A DNA stretch of 64,000 nucleotides from Spirochaetia bacterium (GCA_965203515.1 OZ241907.1:1920001-1984000); one strand, 5' to 3'; shown: positions 9,880 through 20,416, counted from the first letter of the stretch. Notes: generated from the letters alone by a model not told the origin. Program-made: numbers and translations.

Positions 9880-11487
9880 CTACCGGTAGCGGATGTCCGC
9901 CTCCACCTTTTCGACGACGATGCCGTTCCCGTAGGTGGCGGGGCGGTACGGGGCGCGGGCGCCGGCGGCGATGGAGATGCGGTTCTCGCCGGTGATCAGG
10001 TCGCCCGCGGGCAGCTCGAAGGTGACCTGCAGCAGCCGCTGCTCGGCGTCCTCGACGTAGGCGGGGATGCTGCCGGCCGGAAGCTGCGGTCGGCCGCCGT
10101 AGATCTGCGGGTCCTTGATCGAGGCGTCGCGGCCCAGCTCGCGCAGGCGCCGGCCGCCCAGCCAGACCTCGATCCGATCGCCGGGATCGGCGGCCCACAG
10201 GATCACGCGCAGGCGCGCCCGGGCCACCGTTTCGGCCGGCACGTCCGGCCAGACGTACAGCGGCAGGTCGACCGGCGGCCCGTGGTTGGGCAGCTCCGCC
10301 GGCAGCGGCCGGTCGTGGTTGCAGCAGTGGAAGCAGCCGCGATCGGTCCACGGAAAGCCGCCGCGGCGCTCGATGACGTAGGTGGCGTCGCGTCCGGCCA
10401 TGGCGTCCGGCTCGCCGATCAGGAACATCGCCTCGGTATGCTGCCGGTACGTGCCGGCCATGACGTCGCCCTGCGAGCCGAGGCGGGCGTAGCGCTCCTC
10501 GGGAGCGGTCGGCCAGTTGAAGACGGTGACGAAGTCGGCGCCCTGCGCCCGGAAGTTGGAGAACGCCCCGATGAAGACTTCCAGCGGCGGGCTGCAGTAG
10601 CCGTCGGTCGAGTGGTGGGCGTCGTGGGTGGCGGCGATGCGGATCGGCGTGCCGGCGGCGACGGCGCGGAAGCCGGCCACGTCGACGGTGAGCGTGCGCG
10701 AGCCGATCACGAAGATGTCGACCAGCAGCTCGCGCGCCCAGGTCGCCGCGTCCAGGCCGTCGGCCGCGCAACCGGCCACCGTCTCCGGCACCTTCGCGGC
10801 CAGCAGGATCGGCCGGCCGGTCTGCGCCTCCATCCGCAGGGTCATCTCCCGCACGCCGCGCACGTAGGCGGTGGCGTCCTCGCGGTGCTGCCACTGGCGG
10901 CCGATCGGCAGGGTCGGCTGGTGCCGGGAGAAGTCGAGCTGGATGCCGTCGAAGGCGTAGCGCGCGAGCAGATCGCGCAGCACCGCCACCTTGTGCTCGC
11001 GGAGGCCGGGCGAGGAGAGATCGTAGAGCCCCTGCCACCACCAGCAGCGCTGCACCCAGTCGGGATGCTCCGCCTTCAGCCAGTTCCGGCGCGCCGGGTC
11101 GGTGAGCGGCTGGCCGAGCGACGGCTGCGCGGGATCGACCGGCGCCACGCGGCTGTTCCAGAACACCTCCAGTCCGCGGCGGCGGGTCTCCTCGACCAGG
11201 GTGCCGACGAAGTCGACCCCCTGCTCGCGCCACCGGTTGAGACCCGGGTCGTCCAGCAACGGCAGCCGTTCGGTGGGGTAGAGCGCGTAGGCGTCCTCGC
11301 CGTCGCCCACGTCCCAGATGAAGCCGTCGATCTGGCTGCCGGCCATGTCGGCGTGGTGGAAGCGCAGATCGACGTAGTCGCGCATCGGGATGCCCAGCAG
11401 GTCGAGCGGCGTCATCCCGTCCATCTGGTCGAGGATGCGCCGCCGGCGGGCGACCGCCGCCAGATGCGCGTCGGTGAGCCGAATCAC
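9880..11487 (-). CDS. GHL10-like TIM-barrel protein (divergent paralog)
   Basis: GLEVFW.SR, YAFDGIQLDFSR, GLD..TWARE.LVDI, GAD.V.VFNW; TAGACT -10 box 7 nt before GTG. Confidence 0.65.
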   Translation of the reverse strand: MIRLTDAHLAAVARRRRILDQMDGMTPLDLLGIPMRDYVDLRFHHADMAGSQIDGFIWDVGDGEDAYALYPTERLPLLDDPGLNRWREQGVDFVGTLVEETRRRGLEVFWNSRVAPVDPAQPSLGQPLTDPARRNWLKAEHPDWVQRCWWWQGLYDLSSPGLREHKVAVLRDLLARYAFDGIQLDFSRHQPTLPIGRQWQHREDATAYVRGVREMTLRMEAQTGRPILLAAKVPETVAGCAADGLDAATWARELLVDIFVIGSRTLTVDVAGFRAVAAGTPIRIAATHDAHHSTDGYCSPPLEVFIGAFSNFRAQGADFVTVFNWPTAPEERYARLGSQGDVMAGTYRQHTEAMFLIGEPDAMAGRDATYVIERRGGFPWTDRGCFHCCNHDRPLPAELPNHGPPVDLPLYVWPDVPAETVARARLRVILWAADPGDRIEVWLGGRRLRELGRDASIKDPQIYGGRPQLPAGSIPAYVEDAEQRLLQVTFELPAGDLITGENRISIAAGARAPYRPATYGNGIVVEKVEADIRYR

Positions 11488-11550
11488 GCGCGCCAGTCTA
11501 TCCGATCGGCGCTATTCCCGATCGGTGGGATATGATCGGCGTCCACGCGC

Positions 11551-11973
11551 ATGTCGGTCCTGCTGGTCGTGCTGCTGGCCGCCGCCGCGGTCGGCGGCGT
11601 GTCGTTCCTGTTGCGGCTCATGCTCACCCGGGGGCTCCGCCGCGTCGAGACGCTGATCAACGACGCCGTCGCCGACACCGCCGACATCGTCAACGATCGG
11701 GCGTTGCCGGAGCGCTGGCGCCGCGAGGCGGCGCGGGCGGTGCGGCGCCGCGCCGCGCCGCGCCGGGACGAAGCGGCGAAACGGCTGGTCCTCAAGCGGC
11801 TGGACCGGCTGATCGCGCAGGTGGAGCGCGGCGTCGTGATGCAGGGGGAGACGCGCGCGTTCGCCGCCGAGCGGCTGCGCGCCGCCCGCCGGCGCTGGGC
11901 GGCGCTCGGTTGGCCGGAGATCGCTGCCGCGGTCGCCCCGCCGCCGTCGGCCGAGTCGCACGCGGCGGATTAG
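11551..11973 (+). CDS. Hypothetical protein with N-terminal membrane anchor
   Basis: Hydrophobic N-terminus; fills gap between neighbouring genes. Confidence 0.55.
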   Translation: MSVLLVVLLAAAAVGGVSFLLRLMLTRGLRRVETLINDAVADTADIVNDRALPERWRREAARAVRRRAAPRRDEAAKRLVLKRLDRLIAQVERGVVMQGETRAFAAERLRAARRRWAALGWPEIAAAVAPPPSAESHAAD

Positions 11974-13655
11974 CTGACCGGCAGGCCCAACTCGGGGACG
12001 TCGGCCGTCGCGCCGTGCGGCGGCAGCCGGCCGCTTCGGGACCCCTCGTAGCCGATCTCCAGTTCCGCGTCCTCCACGGTGAGCGGCAGCTCGCCGGCGG
12101 TGCGCGGATTGCGCCGGAGGGCGCGCACGGTGAAGCGGTTCACGCCGGCGCGCGGCGGCGCGCCGCGCAGATCGTAGATGAACCACGCCGACAGCGGGTC
12201 CTGGCGGACGCCGGGCGCCATCGGATTGACCACCTGCAGCGGCGCGGCGCCGGCCTCGCCTGCCATGCGCACCTCCAGCTCGTCCGCCACGGTCGCGTTG
12301 GCCACGTGCAGCAGCAACCGCACCGAGCGGACCAAGTCCCCGGCGGCGGCCGGGTCGTCGGCGATGTCGAAGGAGAGCGGCGCCGGATCGCCGGTGATGG
12401 TGAGCGGCAGGTCGCGCCGGGCGCGCAGGCAGTTGGGAAACGACTCCGACGAGCGCATGACCAGGTAGCGCTTGTCCAGGTAGCGCAACCGCTCGGCATC
12501 GGCGATGTCGTCGAGGGCGGGCGCCAGGTCGTAGTCGTAGGTCGGGGTGGTTCCGAACCAGTTGAATACGTACAGGCCGTCGACGCCGGCGCGGTGGTGG
12601 CGCGCGGCCAGGGCGCGCACCATCTCGATCGACATCGGCGTCATCAGCGGCGGGTTGTAGAACCAGCGGTTGTGGCCGTCGGTATGGCCGGCCAGGTATC
12701 CCTCCTCGAGCGCGGCCAGCAGGTACACGGGCGATTCCCGCACCAGCGGCGTCCACTCGGCCGCGTCGTGCTCGGTGTCCTGCGCGAAGAAAGGCGAGGT
12801 CACCACCACGTCGACCAGGTGGTCGTCGATCCAGGTCTCGATGTCGATCCCCAGCCGATGGGCGCCGTCGACGGTGGGCGGCAGGCGCACCGCCAGCCCC
12901 AGGGAGCGGCCCTTGGCGCGGCCGATCTCGTCCAGGCCGGCCCGCGTCTCGCGCATCATCCGCGTCAGCAGCGGGGCGTTGCGCCGCTCCTCCCCGAACC
13001 GGAAGTAACCCGGCACGCGCATGAAGTCGAACAGGAAGCCGGCGCAGTCGTAGCGCTCGCACACCTCCAGGGCGATGTCGCGGCGCAGGGCGCGCACCTC
13101 CTCGTGCGCGAAGTCCTGCATCCAGGTCAGCGGAGCCTGCAGCGACGGGTGGTCCCGCCAGCCGGCGGCGCCGTCCGCGCCGATCAGAAGGTCGGTGCGC
13201 TCCTCGTAGAACCGGCTGCCGCCGAGCCGATAGACCGTGCCGGCGGCGCTGTCGACGTGGTGCCAGTCGTTCATGCTCAGGCGGAACCAGAAGTCGATGC
13301 CCAGCCGGCGCGCCTCCTCCACCTGCAGGGCCAGCGGGTCGAGGCCGGCCGCCCAGGTCCGCTTCAGGTTCTCGGCGTGGCGCCAGTAGCGGACGTCGCC
13401 GAGCGCGGCGCCCCGCTCGTACCGCTCGACCAGATACTCCATGCGCGTCTTGCGCGAGGGAAACGCGCAGACGTAGCCGGCGTCCGGTCCGATCCCCTCC
13501 GCGCAGGCGTCGACCGGGGTCCCCTCGAAGAAGCCCAGGTGCGCCGCCGCCACCGTCTCCGGCGCCATCGGCGGATTGTGGGCCGACTCGAAGCCGTGGT
13601 TCTGGTCCCACATGACGCGGTACCGCCGTGCCAACCGTCCCTGGGGCTTGCTCAT
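11970..13655 (-). CDS. GHL10-like TIM-barrel protein
   Basis: LSMNDWHH, FDFMR, GVDGLYVFN; RBS AGGAGGGAGG; clear paralog of 5142-6797. Confidence 0.72.
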   Translation of the reverse strand: MSKPQGRLARRYRVMWDQNHGFESAHNPPMAPETVAAAHLGFFEGTPVDACAEGIGPDAGYVCAFPSRKTRMEYLVERYERGAALGDVRYWRHAENLKRTWAAGLDPLALQVEEARRLGIDFWFRLSMNDWHHVDSAAGTVYRLGGSRFYEERTDLLIGADGAAGWRDHPSLQAPLTWMQDFAHEEVRALRRDIALEVCERYDCAGFLFDFMRVPGYFRFGEERRNAPLLTRMMRETRAGLDEIGRAKGRSLGLAVRLPPTVDGAHRLGIDIETWIDDHLVDVVVTSPFFAQDTEHDAAEWTPLVRESPVYLLAALEEGYLAGHTDGHNRWFYNPPLMTPMSIEMVRALAARHHRAGVDGLYVFNWFGTTPTYDYDLAPALDDIADAERLRYLDKRYLVMRSSESFPNCLRARRDLPLTITGDPAPLSFDIADDPAAAGDLVRSVRLLLHVANATVADELEVRMAGEAGAAPLQVVNPMAPGVRQDPLSAWFIYDLRGAPPRAGVNRFTVRALRRNPRTAGELPLTVEDAELEIGYEGSRSGRLPPHGATADVPELGLPVS

Positions 13656-13794
13656 CCGTCCTCCCTCCTGCGCGCGGGCCGGGTCAACCGTAGACGGGTC
13701 GGCGCCGCCGCGTCGAGTTGCCGGCGGCCGGCCGGCTCTTATCGAGCCGCGATTGACCGGCGGCGCGGCCGCTCCGCATCATGCGGCTCTCCGC

Positions 13795-14778
13795 ATGGGC
13801 TCGTACATCATCCGGCGCCTGCTGATCATGGTCCCCACGGTAGCGCTGATCGCGGTGCTCACCTTCGTCGTGGTGGAGCTGCCGCCCGGAGACTACGCCA
13901 GCCGCGTCGCGGAGGCGATGGAGCTGCGCGGCGAGAACGTCGATCCCGAGCTGATCCAGGCGATCCGCGAGCTGCATCGCCTGGACGATCCGCCCGTGGT
14001 CCGCTTCTTCGGCTGGCTGGGCGACCTGGCGCGCGGCGATCTGGGCTACTCGATCGAGTTCCGCATGCCGGTCCGGGAGATGTTCGCCGACCGCTTTCCG
14101 ATCACCATCCTGCTGTCGGTCGCTTCGATGCTGTTCACCTGGGCGGTGGCGTTCCCGATCGGGCTCTATACGGCCGTGCGCCAGTACTCGGTCGGCGATT
14201 ACTTCTGGAGCGTGATCGGCTTCTTCGGGCTGTCGGTCCCCAACTTCCTGCTGGCGCTGGTGCTGATGTACTTCTCCGCCAAGTACTTCGGCGGTGCGAT
14301 CGGCGGTCTGTTCTCGCGCGAGTTCGAGGATGCCGCCTGGAGCGTGCCCCGGGTGCTCGATCTGCTCAAGAACCTGGCGATACCGGTCATCGTGGTCGGC
14401 ACCGCGTCGACCGCGGGGCTGATCCGCATCCTGCGCGCCAACCTCCTCGACGAGTTGAAGCGCCCCTACGTGGAGTTGGCGCGCGCCAAGGGGCTGACCG
14501 AACGGCGGCTCATCATGAAGTACCCGCTGCGCATCGCCATCAATCCGTTCCTGTCCGGCGCCGGCAGCATCCTGCCGGGACTCATCTCCGGCGCGGTGAT
14601 CACGGAGATCGTGCTCGACCTGCCGGCCATGGGGCCGGTCTTCTGGCGCGCGATCCGCGCCGAGGACATGGCGCTGGTGCAGAGCTACATGCTGCTCATC
14701 GCCATCCTCACCGTGATCGGCACGCTGGTATCCGACCTCCTGCTGGCGGCGGCCGACCCGCGCATCCGCTATGAGTAG
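13795..14778 (+). CDS. ABC transporter permease (OppB/DppB)
   Basis: MGSYIIRRLL, LPPGD, GDLGYS, YVELARAKGL, DPRIRY. Confidence 0.93.
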   Translation: MGSYIIRRLLIMVPTVALIAVLTFVVVELPPGDYASRVAEAMELRGENVDPELIQAIRELHRLDDPPVVRFFGWLGDLARGDLGYSIEFRMPVREMFADRFPITILLSVASMLFTWAVAFPIGLYTAVRQYSVGDYFWSVIGFFGLSVPNFLLALVLMYFSAKYFGGAIGGLFSREFEDAAWSVPRVLDLLKNLAIPVIVVGTASTAGLIRILRANLLDELKRPYVELARAKGLTERRLIMKYPLRIAINPFLSGAGSILPGLISGAVITEIVLDLPAMGPVFWRAIRAEDMALVQSYMLLIAILTVIGTLVSDLLLAAADPRIRYE

Positions 14779-15916
14779 CGGCGCCGTCGCGGAGGCCGCC
14801 GCTCCGGTCGGCCCCCGGCCGCAGGTCTACGACGCCAGTCAATGGCGTCTGATGCGGACCGCCTTCTTCAAGCACCGGCTGGCGGTCGTGGGAGCGGTGA
14901 TCGTGACCATGGGCTACCTGTGCCTGGCGTTCGCGGAGTTCCTGGCGCCCTACGACCCGACGCGCGGCGCCTACGTGTCGCCGACGCAGTCCAACCAGCT
15001 CATACCGCCGCGGCTGCCGCGGATCTTCAGCCCGGACGGCGCGCTGCGCTGGCCGTACGTGCACCCGCTGAAGGAGACGCGCGACCGGGTTACGCTGCGG
15101 GTCACCTACGAGGAGGATCGCCGCGTCAGCTACCCGATCCGCTTCTTCGTGCGCGGCGAGCGCTACAAGATGTGGGGCCTGTTCCGGTCCGACCTGCATC
15201 TCTGGGGGGTCGACGGCGACACGCGCCTGAACCTGCTGGGCACCGATCAGAAGGCGCGCGACGTCTTCTCGCGCGTGCTGTGGGGCACGCGCGTCTCGCT
15301 CAGCATCGGCCTGCTGGGCGTGCTGATCACCTTCGTGCTGGCGATCGTCCTGGGCACGGTCTCCGGCTACTACTCGGGACCGGTCGACACGGTGATCCAG
15401 CGCGTGATCGAGGTGATCTCCAGCGTGCCGACGCTGCCGCTGTGGATGGTGCTGTCGATCTCGATCCCGCTGAACTGGCCGCTGGAGCGGGTCTTCTTCG
15501 CCATCACCGTGATCCTGGCGCTGCTCTCCTGGCCGGGGCTGGCGCGGACCGTGCGCGGCAAGGTGCTGGCGCTGCGCGAGACCGATTACGCGATCGCCGC
15601 CCAGCTCGACAACGGCTCGACCCGGCGCGTGATGTTCGTACACGTGATCCCCGGCGTGATGAGCCACCTGATCGCTTCGCTGACCCTGTCGATCCCCGGC
15701 ATGATCCTGGGCGAGACCAGCCTGAGCTTCCTGGGGCTGGGCCTGCACGAGCCGGTGGTGAGCTGGGGCGTGATGCTGCAGGACGCGCAGCAGCTCCGCA
15801 CCATCCTGTTTGCGCCGTGGCTGCTCTGGCCCGTGGCGGCCGTGGTGATCTTCATCCTGGCCTTCAACTTCGTGGGCGACGGCCTGCGCGACGCCGCCGA
15901 CCCGTACAAGTCGTAG
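14771..15916 (+). CDS. ABC transporter permease (OppC/DppC)
   Basis: LLGTD..ARDVFSR, ETSLSFLGLG, GDGLRDAADPY. Confidence 0.93.
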   Translation: MSSGAVAEAAAPVGPRPQVYDASQWRLMRTAFFKHRLAVVGAVIVTMGYLCLAFAEFLAPYDPTRGAYVSPTQSNQLIPPRLPRIFSPDGALRWPYVHPLKETRDRVTLRVTYEEDRRVSYPIRFFVRGERYKMWGLFRSDLHLWGVDGDTRLNLLGTDQKARDVFSRVLWGTRVSLSIGLLGVLITFVLAIVLGTVSGYYSGPVDTVIQRVIEVISSVPTLPLWMVLSISIPLNWPLERVFFAITVILALLSWPGLARTVRGKVLALRETDYAIAAQLDNGSTRRVMFVHVIPGVMSHLIASLTLSIPGMILGETSLSFLGLGLHEPVVSWGVMLQDAQQLRTILFAPWLLWPVAAVVIFILAFNFVGDGLRDAADPYKS

Positions 15917-15982
15917 CCTTGCGCGCCGGTGCGGCGGCGCGTACCATGTCGCAATGCACTCCAACGGAAAGGAAGGTCCGAT

Positions 15983-17986
15983 ATGACGAAGAAGATGGTT
16001 CGCTACGGTTTGCTGGCGTTGCTCACCTGCGCCGGCGCCGCCTTGGCGTTCGCCGCCGGGGAAGGCGAGGAGGCGATGATGGCCGACGGCGGTTCGGCCG
16101 CCGTGATCGCCGACAACCACGGCATGAACGCCTGGGACCTGTCGGCATGGCAGCAGGTCACCGGGCAGATGCTGACCCTCACGCAGGCGCCGATGCTCGA
16201 CGCCATGGACCTGCCGCCGCTGGAGCAACGGCTTCCGGACGAGCCGCTGGTCCTGCTGCCCACCAGCCAGGTGAAGAAGATCGGCGCCTACCAGGACGTC
16301 GCCAGGATTCAGGGAGGCGGACCCGAGGCGGTCGCCGCCAACCATTCGCGGGTCATGTGCCGCTCCGCCGAGTATGGCGGCCAGGTCAACCAGTTCCTGC
16401 GCACCTGCCAGGCGATGGAGTCGTCCAATGACGGCCGCACCTGGACCATGACGCTGCGCAAGGGCGCCAGGTACTCGGACGGCAGCCCGGTCACCACCGA
16501 GGACGTCGCCTTCTTCGTCGAGGACGTCGCCCACTACGAGCCGTTTGGCGTGGCCGTCACCGGTGGATCGCGCCACATCGCGGATGCGGAGTTCGAGGTC
16601 ATCGACGACTACACGTTCAGCTTCACCTACCCGCAGACCAATATCGCCGAGGTGGGACGGCTGGCCGAGCACTACCTGGTCTGGTTCCACAAGGGCTACC
16701 TGAGCCAGTTCCACCCGAAGTACGCCGGGCAGGACAAGGTCGACGCCATGGCCAAGGAGGCCGGCTTTGCCACCGCCGCCGAGTTCTTCAAGGACCGGAT
16801 CGACGAGGGGCAGGGCTTCCCGCGCGCCAACCCCGATCTGCCGACGATGTCGCCGTGGGTGCTCAAGGTCGGGGCGCCGGCCACCACCTACGTGTTCGAG
16901 CGCAACCCGTATTATCTTGCGGTCGACGCGATCGGCCAGCAGCTCCCGTACTTCGATGAGGTGCGCCAGGATTCGACCACCGATCCGACCGTGCTCAAGT
17001 TGCGCGCGCTGAACGGCGAATACGATTGGGCGTTCTTTCTGGGGCTCGATATCTTCCCGGCCGCCAAGACGGCCGAGGCGAACGAGCAGACCATCCGCGC
17101 GGTGAGCTGGGGCGGCACGCATCTGGTCGGCGGCGCGCAGCTCCTGGAGTTCAACCAGACCACCAACGATCCCGACATGCGCGAGCTGATCTCCAGCCGC
17201 GACTTCCGCTGCGGCGTCTCGCACGCTGTCAACCGCGAGGCGATCGCCACGCTGATCTACTTCGGCGCGGTGCCGTACGGGCCGCTGGCGTACTCAGAAC
17301 GCAGCCCGTACTACAACGAGCGCGCTGCCACGGTGTGCGGCGACTACGACCTGGAGACGGCCAACCGCCTGCTCGACGGCGCTGGCCTGAACGAGCGTGA
17401 CGAGGACGACAACCGCCTGTGGAAGGGCAAGCCGCTGGCGTTCACCGCGACGATACGCGTTCAGTACAACAGCGCCGAAGTGGCCGACCTGGTCAAGATC
17501 AACTTGGCCGACGTCGGCATCAACATGAACATCCGCTCGACCGACGGGTGGGGCGGACTGCAGTCGGTGCGCAACAGCGGCGAGATGCAGGCGTACATCG
17601 GCCCGGCGTGGAGCACCTACTCGACCGCCGTGCTGGAGACCGCCAGCTTCGGAGCGCCGTACAGCAACCACGCCTACTTCGCGCCCAAGTGGACGCAGTG
17701 GGTCGCCACGGACGGCGCCGAGGGCGAGGAGCCGCCGGACGTGATCAAGGAAGGCGTGGCGCTTCGCCAACTGCTGGCGACCCAGGCCGACATCGACGAT
17801 CGGATCGCCACCATGAAGCGGATCACCGACCTGCATGCCGACAACCTGTGGGCGATCGGCATCGTCGGCGGGGTGAACACGATCATCACCTCGTACGACA
17901 TGGCCAACGTGCCGGGGGACGACCCCGCGAACTGCTGGCATTGCGGCGACCTCGGCCGGCCGGAGGTCTGGTTCCGCGACCAGTAG
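15983..17986 (+). CDS. ABC transporter substrate-binding protein, family 5
   Basis: Signal peptide, LPPLEQRLPDEP, LRKGARYSDG.PVTTEDV, RNPYY…GQQLPYFD; RBS GGAAGG. Confidence 0.9.
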   Translation: MTKKMVRYGLLALLTCAGAALAFAAGEGEEAMMADGGSAAVIADNHGMNAWDLSAWQQVTGQMLTLTQAPMLDAMDLPPLEQRLPDEPLVLLPTSQVKKIGAYQDVARIQGGGPEAVAANHSRVMCRSAEYGGQVNQFLRTCQAMESSNDGRTWTMTLRKGARYSDGSPVTTEDVAFFVEDVAHYEPFGVAVTGGSRHIADAEFEVIDDYTFSFTYPQTNIAEVGRLAEHYLVWFHKGYLSQFHPKYAGQDKVDAMAKEAGFATAAEFFKDRIDEGQGFPRANPDLPTMSPWVLKVGAPATTYVFERNPYYLAVDAIGQQLPYFDEVRQDSTTDPTVLKLRALNGEYDWAFFLGLDIFPAAKTAEANEQTIRAVSWGGTHLVGGAQLLEFNQTTNDPDMRELISSRDFRCGVSHAVNREAIATLIYFGAVPYGPLAYSERSPYYNERAATVCGDYDLETANRLLDGAGLNERDEDDNRLWKGKPLAFTATIRVQYNSAEVADLVKINLADVGINMNIRSTDGWGGLQSVRNSGEMQAYIGPAWSTYSTAVLETASFGAPYSNHAYFAPKWTQWVATDGAEGEEPPDVIKEGVALRQLLATQADIDDRIATMKRITDLHADNLWAIGIVGGVNTIITSYDMANVPGDDPANCWHCGDLGRPEVWFRDQ

Positions 17987-18021
17987 GCGATCGCGCGGGA
18001 TCGCGTATCCCGGCGGGATTC

Positions 18022-19632
18022 TCAGCCCGCCCCTGCGCCCGATGACGGCGCCGGAGTCGGCTCGACCGAGCCGACTCCCGGCGCCTCGTGCGGGTCGAGG
18101 AACACCTCCCGGTACAGCGATTCGATGCGCACGATCTCGGCGCCGGTCAGCGCGGCGAATTCCCGCGTCCGGCCGCGGCGCGACAAGGTCCCGCGGTTCT
18201 GACGGAGGAACCGGCACAGCAGGTCGGACAGCCGGTCCGGCATGTCGACGATCAGATTCAGTCCGGTGCGAAACGCATCATGGCGCCGCAGGAACTCGGC
18301 CTCGTCCGGCAGATGGCGCTCGATGGTGTCTTGAACGCATCCATACAGGAATTCGGCGTGCGGGGTGGCATCGAAGAACCGGTAGAAGTCGGCCGTGTCG
18401 TTCAGCACCGCGACGTTGCCCCCTGCGGTCGGTTCCCAGTCCACCGCCGGCAACAGTCTCTTCGAGTAATCTTCGAGGACCGTTCGGTAGTCGTGGATGC
18501 GCTCCAGAATCGCCGCTGAGACCGGAAAGGTGACCCCCAGCGGATTGAAGCCCCGTTGCGCCAGCAGGTGGTGGATCAGGTAGCGGTGCACTCTGCCATT
18601 GCCGTCGTCAAACGGGTGGATGTAGACGAATCCGAACGCCAGCACGGCGGCGGCCAGCACCGGATCGAGCTCCCGCGCCGCCTTCCGGTCGAAGGCGATC
18701 AGGCCGTCGACCAGCCCCGCCAGATCTTCCGGCTTGGCGCTCACGTGGTCCGGGATCGGCTGCTGCGTCGTTCGATCCCGCGCGCCGACGAATCCGCCTT
18801 CCGTGCGCAGACCGAGCCGCACGAAGCGGGCGTCGCCGATCACGATGCGCTGCAGGCGGCACAGTTCGTCGAGGTGGAGCGGCTGCCGGCCCGCTTGGCC
18901 GATCGCCTGGCCCCAGCGCCGGATGCGGTTCTGGGGCGGCCGCTCACCTTCGATGGCGTAGCTCGACCGGGAATCCTCGAGCAGCAGGAACGCCGCCGCG
19001 CGCGCCAGCAGGTCGCGCGGCACCGCCGCCGCGGCGGCTCGTGCGCGGCCCTGCAGGTCCAGCGCAATGCAGCGGTCCAGGCGTTCGCTGCGGGACACCA
19101 GCGGGCAGAACCCGGGGGTGCCGGGGAGGTTGTTCTTGACTCGATGGCGGGCGGAGTTCTCGGCGCCGGCCGCGTATTGCCGCTGCGGATCGACCACCGG
19201 CGGATAGGCGCCGCGGTCGGCATTCGGCAGGTCGAGCCGCCGCCCCGTGAGCCACTCGTAGAGGAACCAGAGGCGCCGTGCGTAGGCGCCGGTCGGCGCG
19301 GCCCGCACCAGCGCTTCGATCGGCGCCGGACCGCTGGCGGCGTAGAGGCGCTTGAGCACGGCGAGGTCGATGCCTTCATGTCTCAGGGCGAAGATCAGGT
19401 GGCCTGCCAAACTGGGCGGGGGCGCGTAGCGCGGCGAGTAGATGCGCCAGCCGTCTTGCACCAGGAAGCGATGACGCTCCCCAATGGCGCTCAGCGTGCG
19501 CGGGAGCGGCACGTTCAGATCACAGGCGTCGATGAGCGCCGCATAGCCCGCCGGGGCGGCGGTTACGGGAAGGCGCTGGTCCCGAAAAACGTTAACTGGT
19601 GGTGAAAAACGATGCTGTATAGCCTCACCCAT
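18022..19632 (-). CDS. Fic family protein (AMPylase motif)
   Basis: Canonical HPFDDGNGRVHR motif; start at ATG 19632 avoids overlap with cobO. Confidence 0.9.
   Translation of the reverse strand: MGEAIQHRFSPPVNVFRDQRLPVTAAPAGYAALIDACDLNVPLPRTLSAIGERHRFLVQDGWRIYSPRYAPPPSLAGHLIFALRHEGIDLAVLKRLYAASGPAPIEALVRAAPTGAYARRLWFLYEWLTGRRLDLPNADRGAYPPVVDPQRQYAAGAENSARHRVKNNLPGTPGFCPLVSRSERLDRCIALDLQGRARAAAAAVPRDLLARAAAFLLLEDSRSSYAIEGERPPQNRIRRWGQAIGQAGRQPLHLDELCRLQRIVIGDARFVRLGLRTEGGFVGARDRTTQQPIPDHVSAKPEDLAGLVDGLIAFDRKAARELDPVLAAAVLAFGFVYIHPFDDGNGRVHRYLIHHLLAQRGFNPLGVTFPVSAAILERIHDYRTVLEDYSKRLLPAVDWEPTAGGNVAVLNDTADFYRFFDATPHAEFLYGCVQDTIERHLPDEAEFLRRHDAFRTGLNLIVDMPDRLSDLLCRFLRQNRGTLSRRGRTREFAALTGAEIVRIESLYREVFLDPHEAPGVGSVEPTPAPSSGAGAG
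18047..18085. terminator. Strong GC-rich hairpin near the junction of convergent genes; probable terminator
   Basis: GGCGCCGG-AGTCGGCTCG-AC-CGAGCCGACT-CCCGGCGCC inverted repeat; no U-tract; lies inside the low-complexity tail of the Fic ORF. Confidence 0.5.
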
Positions 19633-19771
19633 GCAAGACCGGGAATCCTTTGGAAGTAGTAGCGCCGCCTGGCGCGCCTCGCCTGCGATGATCCGGGGTG
19701 AAGACGCTTGCCATGACGCCGGCAGTGTAACGCGGGTACGCTCCGCTTGTGGGCTACCGGCTGATGGAGCG

Positions 19772-20416
19772 ATGATGGACCGGGCCGTCGCAAACCCGGC
19801 CGCGCAGGAGGCGGCCGCCGCGAACCGGGCGCACGCCGAGCGGATGCGCGCGCTGCAGGCGGAGCAGCGGGCCAAGGCGGCGCGGGCCGTGAATCCGCGG
19901 CGCGGGCTGGTGCTGGTGCACACCGGCAACGGCAAGGGCAAGTCGAGCGCCGCCTTCGGCGTCGCCGCGCGCGCCCTCGGCTGGGGGCAGCGCGTGGCGA
20001 TCGTGCAGTTCATCAAGGGCGCCTGGAAGACCGGCGAACGCCAGTTCTTCAGCCGCTTCCCGGAGCAGCTCGAATGGCGCACGACCGGGCAGGGGTTCAC
20101 CTGGGACACGCAGGACCGGGAGGCGGACTCCGCCGCGGCGCGGTCGGCGCTCGCCATGGCGCGGGAGTTGATCGCCGGCGGCGGCTTCGAGCTCGTGGTG
20201 CTCGACGAGATCAACGTGGTGATGAGCTACGATTACCTGCCGCCGGAGGCCGTGGTGGCGTGCCTGGAGGCGCGGGCGGCCCGCACCCACGTGGTCCTGA
20301 CCGGGCGCGGGGCTCCGCCGGAACTGATCGAGTACGCCGACCTGGTGAGCGAGATGGTCGAGATCAAGCACCCGTTCCAGGCCGGCATCAAGGCCCAGCG
20401 CGGCATCGACTTCTGA
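19772..20416 (+). CDS. cobO: Cob(I)yrinic acid a,c-diamide adenosyltransferase
   Basis: HTGNGKGKSSAAFG, QFIKG, GFTW, VVLDEIN, LTGR, KHPFQAGIKAQRGIDF. Confidence 0.95.
   Translation: MMDRAVANPAAQEAAAANRAHAERMRALQAEQRAKAARAVNPRRGLVLVHTGNGKGKSSAAFGVAARALGWGQRVAIVQFIKGAWKTGERQFFSRFPEQLEWRTTGQGFTWDTQDREADSAAARSALAMARELIAGGGFELVVLDEINVVMSYDYLPPEAVVACLEARAARTHVVLTGRGAPPELIEYADLVSEMVEIKHPFQAGIKAQRGIDF

Noticed and set aside
11532..14774. 1080-aa ORF and other long shadow ORFs (e.g. 30502-33327, 14708-17224, 41747-44125)
   Set aside because: Arg/Ala/Gly-rich alternate-frame or antisense products typical of high-GC DNA, overlapping genes with clear motifs.
19640..19771. Cobalamin riboswitch upstream of cobO
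   Set aside because: Short divergent intergenic region with no recognisable B12-box.
19633..20214. N-terminal extension of the Fic ORF to 730 aa
   Set aside because: Overlaps cobO on the opposite strand; the plausible start is ATG 19632.
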